Origin: an uncultured Acidimicrobiia bacterium
Lineage (GTDB): Bacteria; Actinomycetota; Acidimicrobiia; Acidimicrobiales; AC-14
Length of the DNA: 64,000 nt
Assembly (NCBI GenBank): GCA_963836205.1
Contig: CAWIIV010000008.1
Coordinates: forward strand, 128,001-192,000
Direction of reading: 5' to 3'
Of this stretch, positions 21,014 through 31,781 are shown piece after piece (position 1 is the stretch's first letter; every line of letters begins with the position of its first letter). Below the pieces are notes generated by a model that saw only the letters and a list, made by a program, of their open reading frames with translations, had not been told where the DNA came from and made no database searches. A program made the translations under genes and the position numbers.

Positions 21014-21335
21014 GATGGCAGCAGAACCCGCTCGTCCCCGTCTCAGGGTTGCTCCCGGTTCGCCGGCCAGCTTCGACGACCCGAACGGCTGGCGGAAGGA
21101 CGCGCTCTGCCGAGGCGTCGACACCGACCTGTTCTTCCCCGCCGGCGAGCTGGGCGAGGAGCCGGTGCAGCACGCCGAGGCGGCCAAGGCGGTCTGCTTC
21201 CGCTGCCCCGTGCGGGAAGAGTGCCTGGAGTACGCCCTGGCCACCGACCAGCCCTTCGGCGTGTGGGGCGGCACCAACGAAGCCGAGCGACGGTCGATCC
21301 GTCGCCGCCGCCGGAGGCGACCAGTCGCATCGTAG
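21014..21335 (+). CDS. whiB: WhiB-family Fe-S transcriptional regulator
   Basis: C...DLFFP...CxxCPVxxxC and GVWGG; basic C-terminal tail; GGAGG RBS. Confidence 0.93.
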
Positions 21336-21384
21336 GGAGGGCCAGAACCTCCCCGGATGGCGGTGCGCGGCGCCTACGTCGCGA

Positions 21385-21956
21385 TCACCTGCGCAGGCAG
21401 CCGAGGAGGACGTTGGACCCGGCGGCCTGGTTGAGGGCGAAGGCGCAGATGCTGGGGCCCCGGCCGGCACGCCGGCGAGGAAGGCCTCGAACCCGTGGTC
21501 GGGCCCGTAGCCGGGGATCACGGCGGCGACGTCGATCCGACTCTTGTTGGCGGCGGTCGCCCCGATGAAGACGCCGTCGGCGTACACATACACCGTCACC
21601 GGCCCGGCGACGTCGGGGTCGATCGCCCATCCCCACACCGCCACACCGTTCTCACTCAGCGGGAAGGTGAACTCGAGCGACCCCATCGGGTCGAAGGCGA
21701 CGGAGACGTTCTTGCACGCGAGGAACCGGTTGGTCCCGTGCCCCTGGTTCAGGGCCAGGACGCAGACGTTGTGGGTACCGGCCGCGACGGCGACGAGCCT
21801 GAAGCAGTGGCGGTCTCCCGTGCCGGGCAGGGCGACGCCCACGTCGGTCCGGAGTTGGCTGGCCGCCCACGCCTGGCGGACGGTCCCGTCCACGTAGACC
21901 TGCACCGTCACCGGTCCGGCGATGTCGTAGTCGATGGCCCAGCCGGACACGAGCAC
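21385..21956 (-). pseudogene. Fragment of a surface protein with two GWAID-type beta-sandwich repeats
   Basis: GWAIDYDIAGPVTVQVYVDG and GWAIDPDVAGPVTVYVYADG; frameshift near 21458; no signal peptide. Confidence 0.55.
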
Positions 21957-21997
21957 GCCAGCCCGCCAGCCGTTAGCGGCAGGCGGGCGGGGCGGAG

Positions 21998-22585
21998 TCA
22001 GTCGGTGATCGGGCGGCGGTTGGCGGCGCGAAGGGTGTGGACGCCCAAGAGCATCGCGAGGAGGCCGGCAGCTATCAGGGCGGGCGTCGGCGAGCCGGTG
22101 CGGGCCAGGGGCTCTCGCACGATGATGGCGGGGATGGTCGTTGCGGGCGTGGCCACCACGGTGACGATCGTCGCCGGCACGACGATGGTGATGGGTGTCG
22201 GCGCCTGCACTGTGAACAGACCGAGGCTCTGGTGGCAGGTGTCGTCGGGGCCTTCGCCGAACACGGTGATCTCGTTCTGCCCGAGCGGCGTGGCGAACGG
22301 GAGCTGGAGCGTGACGCTGTAGGTGCCGGTGGTCGATGAGGCGGTGGAGGCGAGCACGACCGGCGGGTTGAAGAGCCCGATCCCCAGCACCTGGTTGGCG
22401 GCGAAGCCGCTACCAGTGATGATGAGCGACCCGCCCGGCAGCACCGACGTGGGGGCCACCGTCGCCGGCGAGGCGGTATGCGCCCCGGCACAGTCGATCT
22501 GGGCCGACGCCGGGCCCGCGGTGGTCACGACGCAGAAGACCGCCATCGCCAACGCAGCGGATGCTGCCCAAATCCGTCTCGTCAC
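21998..22585 (-). CDS. Secreted, probably sortase-anchored protein
   Basis: Signal peptide ending ASA; C-terminal LARTG + TM helix + basic tail. Confidence 0.7.
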   Translation of the reverse strand: MTRRIWAASAALAMAVFCVVTTAGPASAQIDCAGAHTASPATVAPTSVLPGGSLIITGSGFAANQVLGIGLFNPPVVLASTASSTTGTYSVTLQLPFATPLGQNEITVFGEGPDDTCHQSLGLFTVQAPTPITIVVPATIVTVVATPATTIPAIIVREPLARTGSPTPALIAAGLLAMLLGVHTLRAANRRPITD

Positions 22586-22719
22586 GGTCCCCACTCCCCC
22601 TGGTCGGTGCAGATGGCGCAAGACTATGCAGACTCCGCCCGCCGTGCGCAGAAACGACGGAGGGCGCCGGCACGTGCCGGCGCCCTCCTCACAACTGATC
22701 CGCCCGCAGGCGGGACGAG

Positions 22720-23160
22720 CTACGCCTTGTGGCTCTCTTCGTACCGCTCGCCGTGGGGCTTCTCAGCCGCGTACGAGTGCATGGTGTAGGCGATGTGACG
22801 GTCGTTCAGCTCGGTGCGGTCGAGGCGGAAACCGGGCTCCTCCTCAGGACGGTTGACGATGAACGACAGCGCCGTCGTCTGCTTGGTGTAGGTCCGGTTG
22901 TACCCGTTCACCTTGATGTAGCTGTTGGGGTACGCCTTGCGGCAGGCCGCCACCTCGGAGAAGGCAGCAGCCCCGTCCTTGGTGTCGAACATCGGCAGGC
23001 CCCACATGTCCCAGTAGGCGTTGCGGGGGTGAGGGTCGTCGGTGAACTCGATCGAGACGGCCCAGTTGTTGTCGATGCAGTACTGGATCTGGAGCTTGAT
23101 CTCGTCGTCGGTCAGCTCGGGCAGCGTCGAGAACGTGCCCTGGCGGATGCGGATTCCCAT
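22720..23160 (-). CDS. cbbS: RuBisCO small subunit, red-type
   Basis: [41 protein letters not shown] plus the red-type C-terminal extension. Confidence 0.97.
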   Translation of the reverse strand: MGIRIRQGTFSTLPELTDDEIKLQIQYCIDNNWAVSIEFTDDPHPRNAYWDMWGLPMFDTKDGAAAFSEVAACRKAYPNSYIKVNGYNRTYTKQTTALSFIVNRPEEEPGFRLDRTELNDRHIAYTMHSYAAEKPHGERYEESHKA

Positions 23161-23173
23161 GATTCCTCCTGCC

Positions 23174-24712
<1,539 letters not shown>

Positions 24713-24746
24713 CTAGTGTGCCCCACCGTCGGTTCACCTGTCCATG

Positions 24747-24794
24747 TTGAATTCTCTTTTGGGCAGGGTATATTGTTCAGGTGACGTTTAATCA
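24747..24794 (+). promoter_or_regulatory. Probable leaderless cbbR promoter and CbbR-type box
   Basis: TTGAAT-N16-TATATT ends 6 nt before GTG 24781; TGA-N7-TCA at 24782-24794 fits TNA-N7-TNA. Confidence 0.5.
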
Positions 24795-25704
24795 GCTTCG
24801 GACGTTCCTGGCGGTCGTCGACAGTGGCTCGGTCACCGACGCGGCTGACAGCCTGCTCGTCAGCCCGCCGGCGGTGTCCGCCGCCCTGGCCTCGCTCCAA
24901 GCCGAGCTGGGCGTGGCCCTGGTGGCTCGGGTCGGGCGGGGCGTGGCCATCACCGCCGCCGGCGCCGTGTTCGCCCCCTACGCCCGGGGCGTGCTCCGGG
25001 TGGCCGAGGAGGGCATGGCCGCGGCCCGGGAGGCGCTCGACCCCGAGCGGGGCCGGGTCCGGCTGGCGGCGGTGACCACCGCCGGCGAGCACGTGCTGCC
25101 CAAGTTCCTGGCGTCGTTCCGGGCCCGCCACCCGCAGGCCGAGGTGTCGTTGGAGGTGGGCAACCGAGAGCGGCTGTGGGAGTTGCTGGCCGAGCGGGAG
25201 GTCGACCTCGCCATCGGCGGCCGGCCGCCGGGCGGGGGGCGATTCGTCTCCCGGGCCACCCGGCCCAACGTCCTGGTGATGGTGGCCGCCGCCCGGCCGG
25301 ACTCCGAAGGGGTCCGGGAGGTGTCGGTCGACGAGCTGGCCCGGCAGGTCCTCCTCCTGCGGGAGCCGGGCTCGGGCACCCGCAGCACCGCGGTGGAGCT
25401 GTTCGACGAGCTGGGCATCTCCCCCGCCGCCACTCTGACCCTCGGGTCGAACGGTGCCCTGCGGGAGTCGGTGCAGGTGGGGCTGGGCATCACCCTCATC
25501 TCCCGCGACGCGGTGGCCCGCGAGCTCGACGAGGGCACGCTGGAGGAGTGGCGATGCACCGCCCTCCCCCGCTTCCGGGCCTGGCACCTGGTCTCCCGTG
25601 CCGAGGAGGACCTTCCCCCCACCGCCGGGCTGTTCCTGGCCCACGTCACCGCCGACCCCGCCGAGGGCTTCGTCCTGGTGGCTCCCCCACCCCCGGCCGG
25701 GTAG
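24781..25704 (+). CDS. cbbR: LysR-type regulator CbbR
   Basis: MTFNQLRTF HTH, LREPGSGTR, SNGALRESV; divergent from cbbL. Confidence 0.9.
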   Translation: MTFNQLRTFLAVVDSGSVTDAADSLLVSPPAVSAALASLQAELGVALVARVGRGVAITAAGAVFAPYARGVLRVAEEGMAAAREALDPERGRVRLAAVTTAGEHVLPKFLASFRARHPQAEVSLEVGNRERLWELLAEREVDLAIGGRPPGGGRFVSRATRPNVLVMVAAARPDSEGVREVSVDELARQVLLLREPGSGTRSTAVELFDELGISPAATLTLGSNGALRESVQVGLGITLISRDAVARELDEGTLEEWRCTALPRFRAWHLVSRAEEDLPPTAGLFLAHVTADPAEGFVLVAPPPPAG

Positions 25705-25768
25705 GGTCGATGGCCGTCTACGAGGCTGCAAAACCCGAGTTCGGGAAACCCCTAGGAGGACCCCCCGC

Positions 25769-26827
25769 ATGAGCAGTTCGGATCTCGCCGCTGTCGCCAA
25801 CGCCATGGTCGCCGACGGCAAGGGCATCCTGGCCGCCGACGAGAGCGGTGCCACGATCGGTAAACGCTTCGCCGCCCTCGACATCGAGTCCACCGAGGAG
25901 AACCGCCGCCTGTACCGCACGACGCTGATGGGCACCGCGGGCATCGAGAACGTCGTGAGCGGCGTCATCCTCTACGACGAGACGATCCGCCAGAAGGCCG
26001 ACGACGGCTCGACCATCCCCGAGTTCCTGGTCGCCAAGGGCATCCTTCCCGGCATCAAGGTCGACACCGGCTCCAAGCCCCTCCCCCTTTGCGACGGCGA
26101 GCAGGTCACCGAGGGCCTCGACGGACTCCGCGAGCGCATCGCCGAGTACGTCAGCCTGGGCGCCAAGTTCGCCAAGTGGCGGGCGGTCATCGTCATCGAC
26201 TCCAAGAACGGCCTGCCCAGCGACACCGCCATCCGCTGCAACGCCCACGCCCTGGCCCGCTACGGCGCCCTGTGCCAGGAGGGGGGCCTGGTGCCGATCA
26301 TCGAGCCCGAGGTCCTCATGGACGGCGAGAACGACATCGACACCTGCTACGAGGTCACCCTCAAGACCCAGCGCCGGGTGTTCTGGGAGCTGGCCCAGCT
26401 GCGGGTCGAGCTCGAGGGCATGATCCTCAAGCCCAACATGGTGGTCTCGGGCAAGAAGTGCGCCACCCAGGCCGGTCCCGAGGAAGTGGCCGAGAAGACC
26501 CTCCGTTGCCTCTACCACTCGGTGCCGCCGGCCGTCCCCGGCATCGCCTTCCTGTCCGGTGGGCAGTCGGCCGACCTCGCCACCCTGCACCTCGACCTCA
26601 TGAACAAGCAGGGCCCGCACCCGTGGCAGCTCACGTTCTCCTACGGCCGTGCCCTCCAGGACGAGGCCCTGCGCACCTGGCGGGGCTCGCCCGACAACGT
26701 GGCCGAGGCCCAGAAGGTCTTCACCCACCGGGCCGCCCTCACCGGCGCCGCCCGCACCGCCACCTACGACCCCAGCCTGGAGAGCGGCGACCTCGCCCTC
26801 GCCGCGGCCACAGCCACCCAGGACTGA
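25769..26827 (+). CDS. fba: Class I fructose-bisphosphate aldolase
   Basis: KGILAADES, AKFAKWR, PIIEPE, ILKPNMV, FLSGGQ, FSYGRALQ; AGGAGG RBS. Confidence 0.96.
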   Translation: MSSSDLAAVANAMVADGKGILAADESGATIGKRFAALDIESTEENRRLYRTTLMGTAGIENVVSGVILYDETIRQKADDGSTIPEFLVAKGILPGIKVDTGSKPLPLCDGEQVTEGLDGLRERIAEYVSLGAKFAKWRAVIVIDSKNGLPSDTAIRCNAHALARYGALCQEGGLVPIIEPEVLMDGENDIDTCYEVTLKTQRRVFWELAQLRVELEGMILKPNMVVSGKKCATQAGPEEVAEKTLRCLYHSVPPAVPGIAFLSGGQSADLATLHLDLMNKQGPHPWQLTFSYGRALQDEALRTWRGSPDNVAEAQKVFTHRAALTGAARTATYDPSLESGDLALAAATATQD

Positions 26828-26914
26828 CCCACCCAGTCTTCGGGAACGGGTGAGAGCGGGCGGCTCCGGCCGCCCGTTCTCCGCGTCCGAGCGGCCGCGC
26901 GTCATGCTGGTGGG

Positions 26915-27574
26915 ATGGCGGACGGGGACGGACACGGCGGGCCCGAGCTGAACGAGGACTACGACCTGGGCGGATGGACCGCAGAGCAGCGGGCTGCCCT
27001 CGACCTGCTGATCGTCCGGGCCGAGATACCCCACGGCTGGGCCGGGCCCGTGCTCCGTGTGCCCGCCGATCGCACGGCCGAGGTCGACGGCCTGATCGGG
27101 CGGGTCCGCCAACCCCGCCGCGATGTCATTGACCGAGCGGTGAGCGAGCCGCCGCAGGTGGGTCAGCCGGCGGGGCCGGGGGCGAGGCTGCTGGGGGCGT
27201 TGATCGACACCGTCGTGGTGGTGCTCGTCTCGATGGTCGGGCTGCAGCTGGACGCAGGTCGGTTCGGCGCCACGGTCCTGGTCGCGGCATACGAGGTCGT
27301 CGCCGTCGCCGTCTGGGGCCGCACCCTCGGCAAGCTCGCGGTCGGCACCCGGGTCGTCAGCGCCAGGGACGGCGGCTTCCCCGGGTGGGGTTCGGCGCTC
27401 GTGCGCTGGGCCGTCCCCGCCGCTCCGACTCTGGTGGGGCTGGCCTGGTCCTCGTCGGTGCCCGACCTGCTCAGCTTTCCCTGGGCGATCGCCGTCTACG
27501 GAGGGGTCCTGTGGGACCCCCACCGCCAGGGCCTGCACGACAAGGCTGCCGGCACCCTCGTCGTCAACGCCTGA
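26915..27574 (+). CDS. RDD-family membrane protein
   Basis: RLLGALID, GRTLGK, RQGLHDKAAGTLVV. Confidence 0.85.
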   Translation: MADGDGHGGPELNEDYDLGGWTAEQRAALDLLIVRAEIPHGWAGPVLRVPADRTAEVDGLIGRVRQPRRDVIDRAVSEPPQVGQPAGPGARLLGALIDTVVVVLVSMVGLQLDAGRFGATVLVAAYEVVAVAVWGRTLGKLAVGTRVVSARDGGFPGWGSALVRWAVPAAPTLVGLAWSSSVPDLLSFPWAIAVYGGVLWDPHRQGLHDKAAGTLVVNA

Positions 27575-27577
27575 AGG

Positions 27578-27760
27578 TCAGGCAGGCGAGTCCGAGGCCG
27601 AGGCGGGATCATCGACTCCGTCCCGCCCGGCGATCGCCTCCCGGGCGAAGGCGATGGCCTCCTCCAGCCAGGCCAGGCGTTGCTCGGGGGTTGTGTCCAA
27701 CCAGGCCTCCTCCTGGGCCCGCCGTGCGCCCGCCCAACCGCCGGCGTCCCAGTCGGTCAC
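27578..27760 (-). CDS. Small partner protein of the nucleotidyltransferase
   Basis: TTPEQRLAWLEEA; GTG overlaps the upstream TGA. Confidence 0.55.
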   Translation of the reverse strand: MTDWDAGGWAGARRAQEEAWLDTTPEQRLAWLEEAIAFAREAIAGRDGVDDPASASDSPA

Positions 27761-28151
27761 CGGCCGGCGGCCTTGATCCGCTCGAGTGCCTCCACATCGG
27801 CCAGGTCCTGGGCGCGCCCCGCCGCTCGCTTCATGGTGAGCAGGTCGTCGATGGATGCGACCCGTACGGGGATCGGCCCGAGCGTGACCGGCTGGGCCCG
27901 GGCCCACAGGTCGTCGAACGGGATGGGATCCTCGGCGAAGTCTCGGGCGTCGACCGGAAGCAGAGGAGCGAGCCCGACGGCCGTGGTGCCTCGACGGCGC
28001 GGCCCGGGTTGTCGGCGGTCAGGTCGAGGGCGACGTCGAGGTCGGCGGTGAAGCGTGGGTGGCCGTGGAGCACCACCGCCACCCCGCCCACGACGACGAA
28101 TCTGACGCCGCTGGCGGTGAGCGCGGCGAGGAGCGGCTCGAAGATCCTCAC
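27757..28151 (-). pseudogene. Pol-beta-type nucleotidyltransferase, frameshifted and apparently shortened
   Basis: VVVGGVAVVLHGHPRFTADLD in one frame; ASIDDLLTMKRAAGRAQDLADVEAL in another. Confidence 0.7.
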
Positions 28152-29317
28152 CGGGCCGGTGCCGTGGGCAGGAGCACCTCCACCGTGGTGCCGCGGTCGG
28201 GCCGTGACCTCACCGTGACCTTGGCGCCGATCAGCTCCGCCCGCTCGTGGATGCCGAGCAGGCCGTAGGTGTGGCGGTGGCCGCCGTCGCCGGGCGCGTC
28301 GTCGGCGAAGCCCCGGCCGTCGTCCGCCACCCGCAGGCGCACACCGTCGTCGTCGCGGTGCATGCGCAGCTCGACCCGGGTCGCGTCGGCGTGCTTGACC
28401 ACGTTCTGGAACGCCTCCTGCACGATCCGGTACAGCGCCACCTCCACGTGCGGCGGCAGCTCCACCGTCTCCAGGTCGACCGCCACCTCCTTCACCGGCA
28501 GCGACCGGGCCAGGCTCTCCAGGCTGGGGCCGAGGCCGAGGTCGTCGAGAGTGGTCGGGCGGAGGCCGACGATGGCGCCCCGGGCTTCCTCCAGGGCGGC
28601 GGTGACCAGCTCCTTGGCCACGGCGAGCTCCCGCCCCACCACCTCGGGATTGGCCGCGGTGGCGGCGTCCTCCGCCGCCAACAGGTGGTACCAGAGGCTG
28701 ATGAGGCGCTGGCTGATCCCGTCGTGGATCTCCCCCGCCAGCCGCCGCCGTTCGTGCTCCTGGGCCTCGATGGTGCGGGTGGCGAAGCTCTCCAGCATCT
28801 CCTCCCGCTCGGCCAGGCGCTGGTAGAGGCGGGCGTTCTCGATGGCCCGGGCCATCAGGTTGGCCACCTGGGTGAGCAGGGCCAGGTCGTAGGACCCGTA
28901 GTCACGGGGCGCCTTGGAGTGGACGTTGAGCACGCCGATCACCCGTTTCCCCCGGGGGATGAGCATCGGCACCGAGACCATGGAGGCGTAGTCCTCGCCC
29001 CGGAGGGCGGGGATGTAGCGGTAGCGCTCGTCCTGCCACTTGTCGGGCACGACCGCGGCCTCGGCGTGGAGGGCCACCCAGCCGGCGATGCCCTGGCCCA
29101 GGCGGAGCTCGACCTTGCCGATCTGCTCGTCGAAGGGCGGGGTGGCGCCCGCCAGGACCACGCAGCCTCGGTCCTCGTCGAGCAGGTGGACGAAGCAGAC
29201 GTCGGAGCCGGTGGCCTCGGTGACCAGGTTGGCCACCCGCTGGACCACGTCGGCCACGTCCATATCGGCCGACGTGGCGTCGATGACGAGGCCCAGCAGC
29301 CGGACCTCATCTCTCAC
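28148..29317 (-). CDS. Soluble GAF-domain histidine kinase (HisKA_3)
   Basis: GAF (GQGIAGWVA, SMVSVPM); ERRRLAGEIHD; QEAFQNVVKHA; DDGRGF. Confidence 0.92.
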   Translation of the reverse strand: MRDEVRLLGLVIDATSADMDVADVVQRVANLVTEATGSDVCFVHLLDEDRGCVVLAGATPPFDEQIGKVELRLGQGIAGWVALHAEAAVVPDKWQDERYRYIPALRGEDYASMVSVPMLIPRGKRVIGVLNVHSKAPRDYGSYDLALLTQVANLMARAIENARLYQRLAEREEMLESFATRTIEAQEHERRRLAGEIHDGISQRLISLWYHLLAAEDAATAANPEVVGRELAVAKELVTAALEEARGAIVGLRPTTLDDLGLGPSLESLARSLPVKEVAVDLETVELPPHVEVALYRIVQEAFQNVVKHADATRVELRMHRDDDGVRLRVADDGRGFADDAPGDGGHRHTYGLLGIHERAELIGAKVTVRSRPDRGTTVEVLLPTAPAR

Positions 29318-29341
29318 GGCCCAGATCTCATCAATAGGCCC

Positions 29342-30010
29342 CTAATGGAAGATCCCCTCCCGCAGGGCCATGGCGATGGCCTGGGCCCGGTCGGCGACCT
29401 CGAGCTTGCGGTAGATGCCGCGGGCGTGGGTCTTCACCGTCTCCTCGCCGATGAACAGCTTCTGCCCGATGGCACGGTTGGAGAGCCCGTGGACCATCAG
29501 CTCCAGCACCTCGCTCTCCCGCTGGGTCAGGCCGAGGCGGGCGCCGGGCCAGAACTCGCCGCTCTGGAGCCGGGCCGCGGTCATGGCCACCCGCCCGGCG
29601 AGGGAGGCGTCGATGGCGACGTCGCCCTCCATGACCCGGTCGAGGTGGTCGGCCAGCTCGGGGCCGGTGGTGGTCTTGAGCAGGAACCCGGACCCGCCGA
29701 CCCGCAGGGCCTGGAACAGGTACTGCTCGTCGTCGTAGACGGTGAGGAACACCACCTTCACCGATGGGACGGCGGCCACCATGTCCTTGCACAGGTCGAG
29801 CCCGCTGGCCCCCTTGAGGCGGACGTCGAGCAGGGCCACGTCGGGACGGAGCTCGGCGGCCAGCTCCAAGGCGTCGGGACCGTTGGTGGCGGCACCGACC
29901 ACCTCCACCCGTCCGCTCTGGGATGCCAGCATGGATCGGAGCCCCTCGAGCACGACCTGGTGGTCGTCGACGAGGAGCAGCCGCACGGGGGTATGCGAAG
30001 TTGGGCTCAC
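29342..30010 (-). CDS. NarL/LuxR-family response regulator
   Basis: LVDDH, LLDVRL, GFLLK, LTQRESEVL...TVKTH. Confidence 0.93.
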   Translation of the reverse strand: MSPTSHTPVRLLLVDDHQVVLEGLRSMLASQSGRVEVVGAATNGPDALELAAELRPDVALLDVRLKGASGLDLCKDMVAAVPSVKVVFLTVYDDEQYLFQALRVGGSGFLLKTTTGPELADHLDRVMEGDVAIDASLAGRVAMTAARLQSGEFWPGARLGLTQRESEVLELMVHGLSNRAIGQKLFIGEETVKTHARGIYRKLEVADRAQAIAMALREGIFH

Positions 30011-30098
30011 GGAACGAAAGTATCCCCCGCCCGGATCACCCGCATGGGCCACCTGCGGAGGGAGGCGCTCCGACCCCCCTTGCTATTAGGTTGGGGAA

Positions 30099-30806
30099 AT
30101 GAGTGGGGAAAGCCGCGTCGCAATCATCCCGTCCGTCCTTCCTGCCGACCACGCCCGGATGGGCGAGGAGGTAGCCGACCTAGAAGCAGCCGGCGTCGAC
30201 CGCATCCAGTGGGACGTGATGGACGGTCGCTTCGTCCCCAACCTCACCTTCGGCCCCGACCTGATCGCCGCCTGCCGCAAGCACGCATCGGTGCCGTTCG
30301 AGGCCCACCTCATGGTGGTCGAGCCCGACCTGATGCTGTCCAAGTACGTCGATGCCGGCTGCCAGATCGTGATCGTCCACGAAGAGGCCTGCACCCACCT
30401 CCACCGCACGCTTGGCAGCATCCGCGACATGGGCGCCAAGGCGGGCGTGGCCCTCAACCCCCACACCCCGCTCGACACGGTCGAGAACGTGCTCGACCTC
30501 GTCGACCTCCTGCTGGTGATGACGGTGAACCCCGGCTTCGGGGGCCAGGCCTACATCGCCACCATGGAGCCGAAGATCGCCCGGGCCCGGGCCATGATCG
30601 ACGCCAGCGGCTTCGACATCGACCTCGAGGTCGACGGTGGCATCAGCGCCGACACGGTGTCCGGCGCGGCGGCCGCGGGGGCCCGAGCCCTCATCGCCGG
30701 CAGCGGCCTCTACAAGCACCCCGGTGGCCTCGCCGCGGCCGTGGCCGACATCCGCAAGCGGGCCGAGGACGCCATCGCCACCGCCGGCCGTTCTCAGGAA
30801 GGCTGA
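30099..30806 (+). CDS. rpe: Ribulose-phosphate 3-epimerase
   Basis: DVMDGRFVPNLTFG, EAHLMV, MTVNPGFGGQ, EVDGGI. Confidence 0.96.
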   Translation: MSGESRVAIIPSVLPADHARMGEEVADLEAAGVDRIQWDVMDGRFVPNLTFGPDLIAACRKHASVPFEAHLMVVEPDLMLSKYVDAGCQIVIVHEEACTHLHRTLGSIRDMGAKAGVALNPHTPLDTVENVLDLVDLLLVMTVNPGFGGQAYIATMEPKIARARAMIDASGFDIDLEVDGGISADTVSGAAAAGARALIAGSGLYKHPGGLAAAVADIRKRAEDAIATAGRSQEG

Positions 30807-30812
30807 ACCGCC

Positions 30813-31760
30813 ATGCCCGACAAGCAGGTCAACATCCAGAGGGCCTGGCGCACCAACGGCGAAGGACCGGGCCGGCCCATCATGCTCGCCATCGCGGGCG
30901 ACAGCGCGGCCGGCAAGACCACCATCACCAAGGGTCTGGTCAACGCCCTCGGCGCTCACCGCATCACGTCGATCTGCGTCGACGACTACCACAAGTACGA
31001 CCGCATCGAACGGAAGACCAAGCCGTTCACGCCGCTCCACCCCGACTGCAACTACGTCGACATCATGGAGCAGCACCTCCAGCTGCTGGCCCTCGGCCAG
31101 CCCATCCTCAAGCCCGTCTACAACCACAAGGACGGCACCCTGGGCCGTCCCCTGCTCGTCGAGCCGCGCGAGTTCGTGATCATCGAGGGCCTCCTGCCCC
31201 TGTTCACCAAGCTCAGCCGGGCCTGCTTCGACGTGTCGGTCTACCTCGACCCGCCCGAACCCATCCGCTACGAGTGGAAGATCAAGCGCGACACCCAGAA
31301 GCGGGGCTACACCGAGCAGGCGGTGCGCGACGACCTGGAGAAGCGGGAGCCGGAGTCGGCCGCCTACATCCGTCCCCAGCGCACGGCGGCCGACATCGTC
31401 ATGCGGTTCGACCGCATCGAGGGTCGCGACCCCGAAGAGCCGCTGTCGGCCAGCCTCATGCTCCGGCCCACCATCGCCCACCCCGACCTGGCCAACATCC
31501 TCACCGAGGACCACCGCGAGGCCATGCACCTCAAGCTCATGCGCGACGACGACGGCAAGCCGGTCGACTCCCTCCACATCCACTCCTACGCCGACCGGGA
31601 GGTCACCCGCGACGTGGAGCAGTCGATCTGGAAGCAGCTCGGCGTCGACGACCCCATCCCCGAATCGCTGGGCGTGATCGAGGACAACGTCCGCAGCGAG
31701 CCGCTGGCCATCTCCCAGCTGATCCTGCTCTACCACCTCTTCCAGGCCCAGCTCGGATAA
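30813..31760 (+). CDS. prk: Phosphoribulokinase
   Basis: AGDSAAGKTT, DDYHKYDR, KPVYNHKDG, WKIKRD, YIRPQR; sits in the cbb cluster. Confidence 0.92.
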   Translation: MPDKQVNIQRAWRTNGEGPGRPIMLAIAGDSAAGKTTITKGLVNALGAHRITSICVDDYHKYDRIERKTKPFTPLHPDCNYVDIMEQHLQLLALGQPILKPVYNHKDGTLGRPLLVEPREFVIIEGLLPLFTKLSRACFDVSVYLDPPEPIRYEWKIKRDTQKRGYTEQAVRDDLEKREPESAAYIRPQRTAADIVMRFDRIEGRDPEEPLSASLMLRPTIAHPDLANILTEDHREAMHLKLMRDDDGKPVDSLHIHSYADREVTRDVEQSIWKQLGVDDPIPESLGVIEDNVRSEPLAISQLILLYHLFQAQLG

Positions 31761-31781
31761 GGCCCGGCAGGGGTATCTCTC

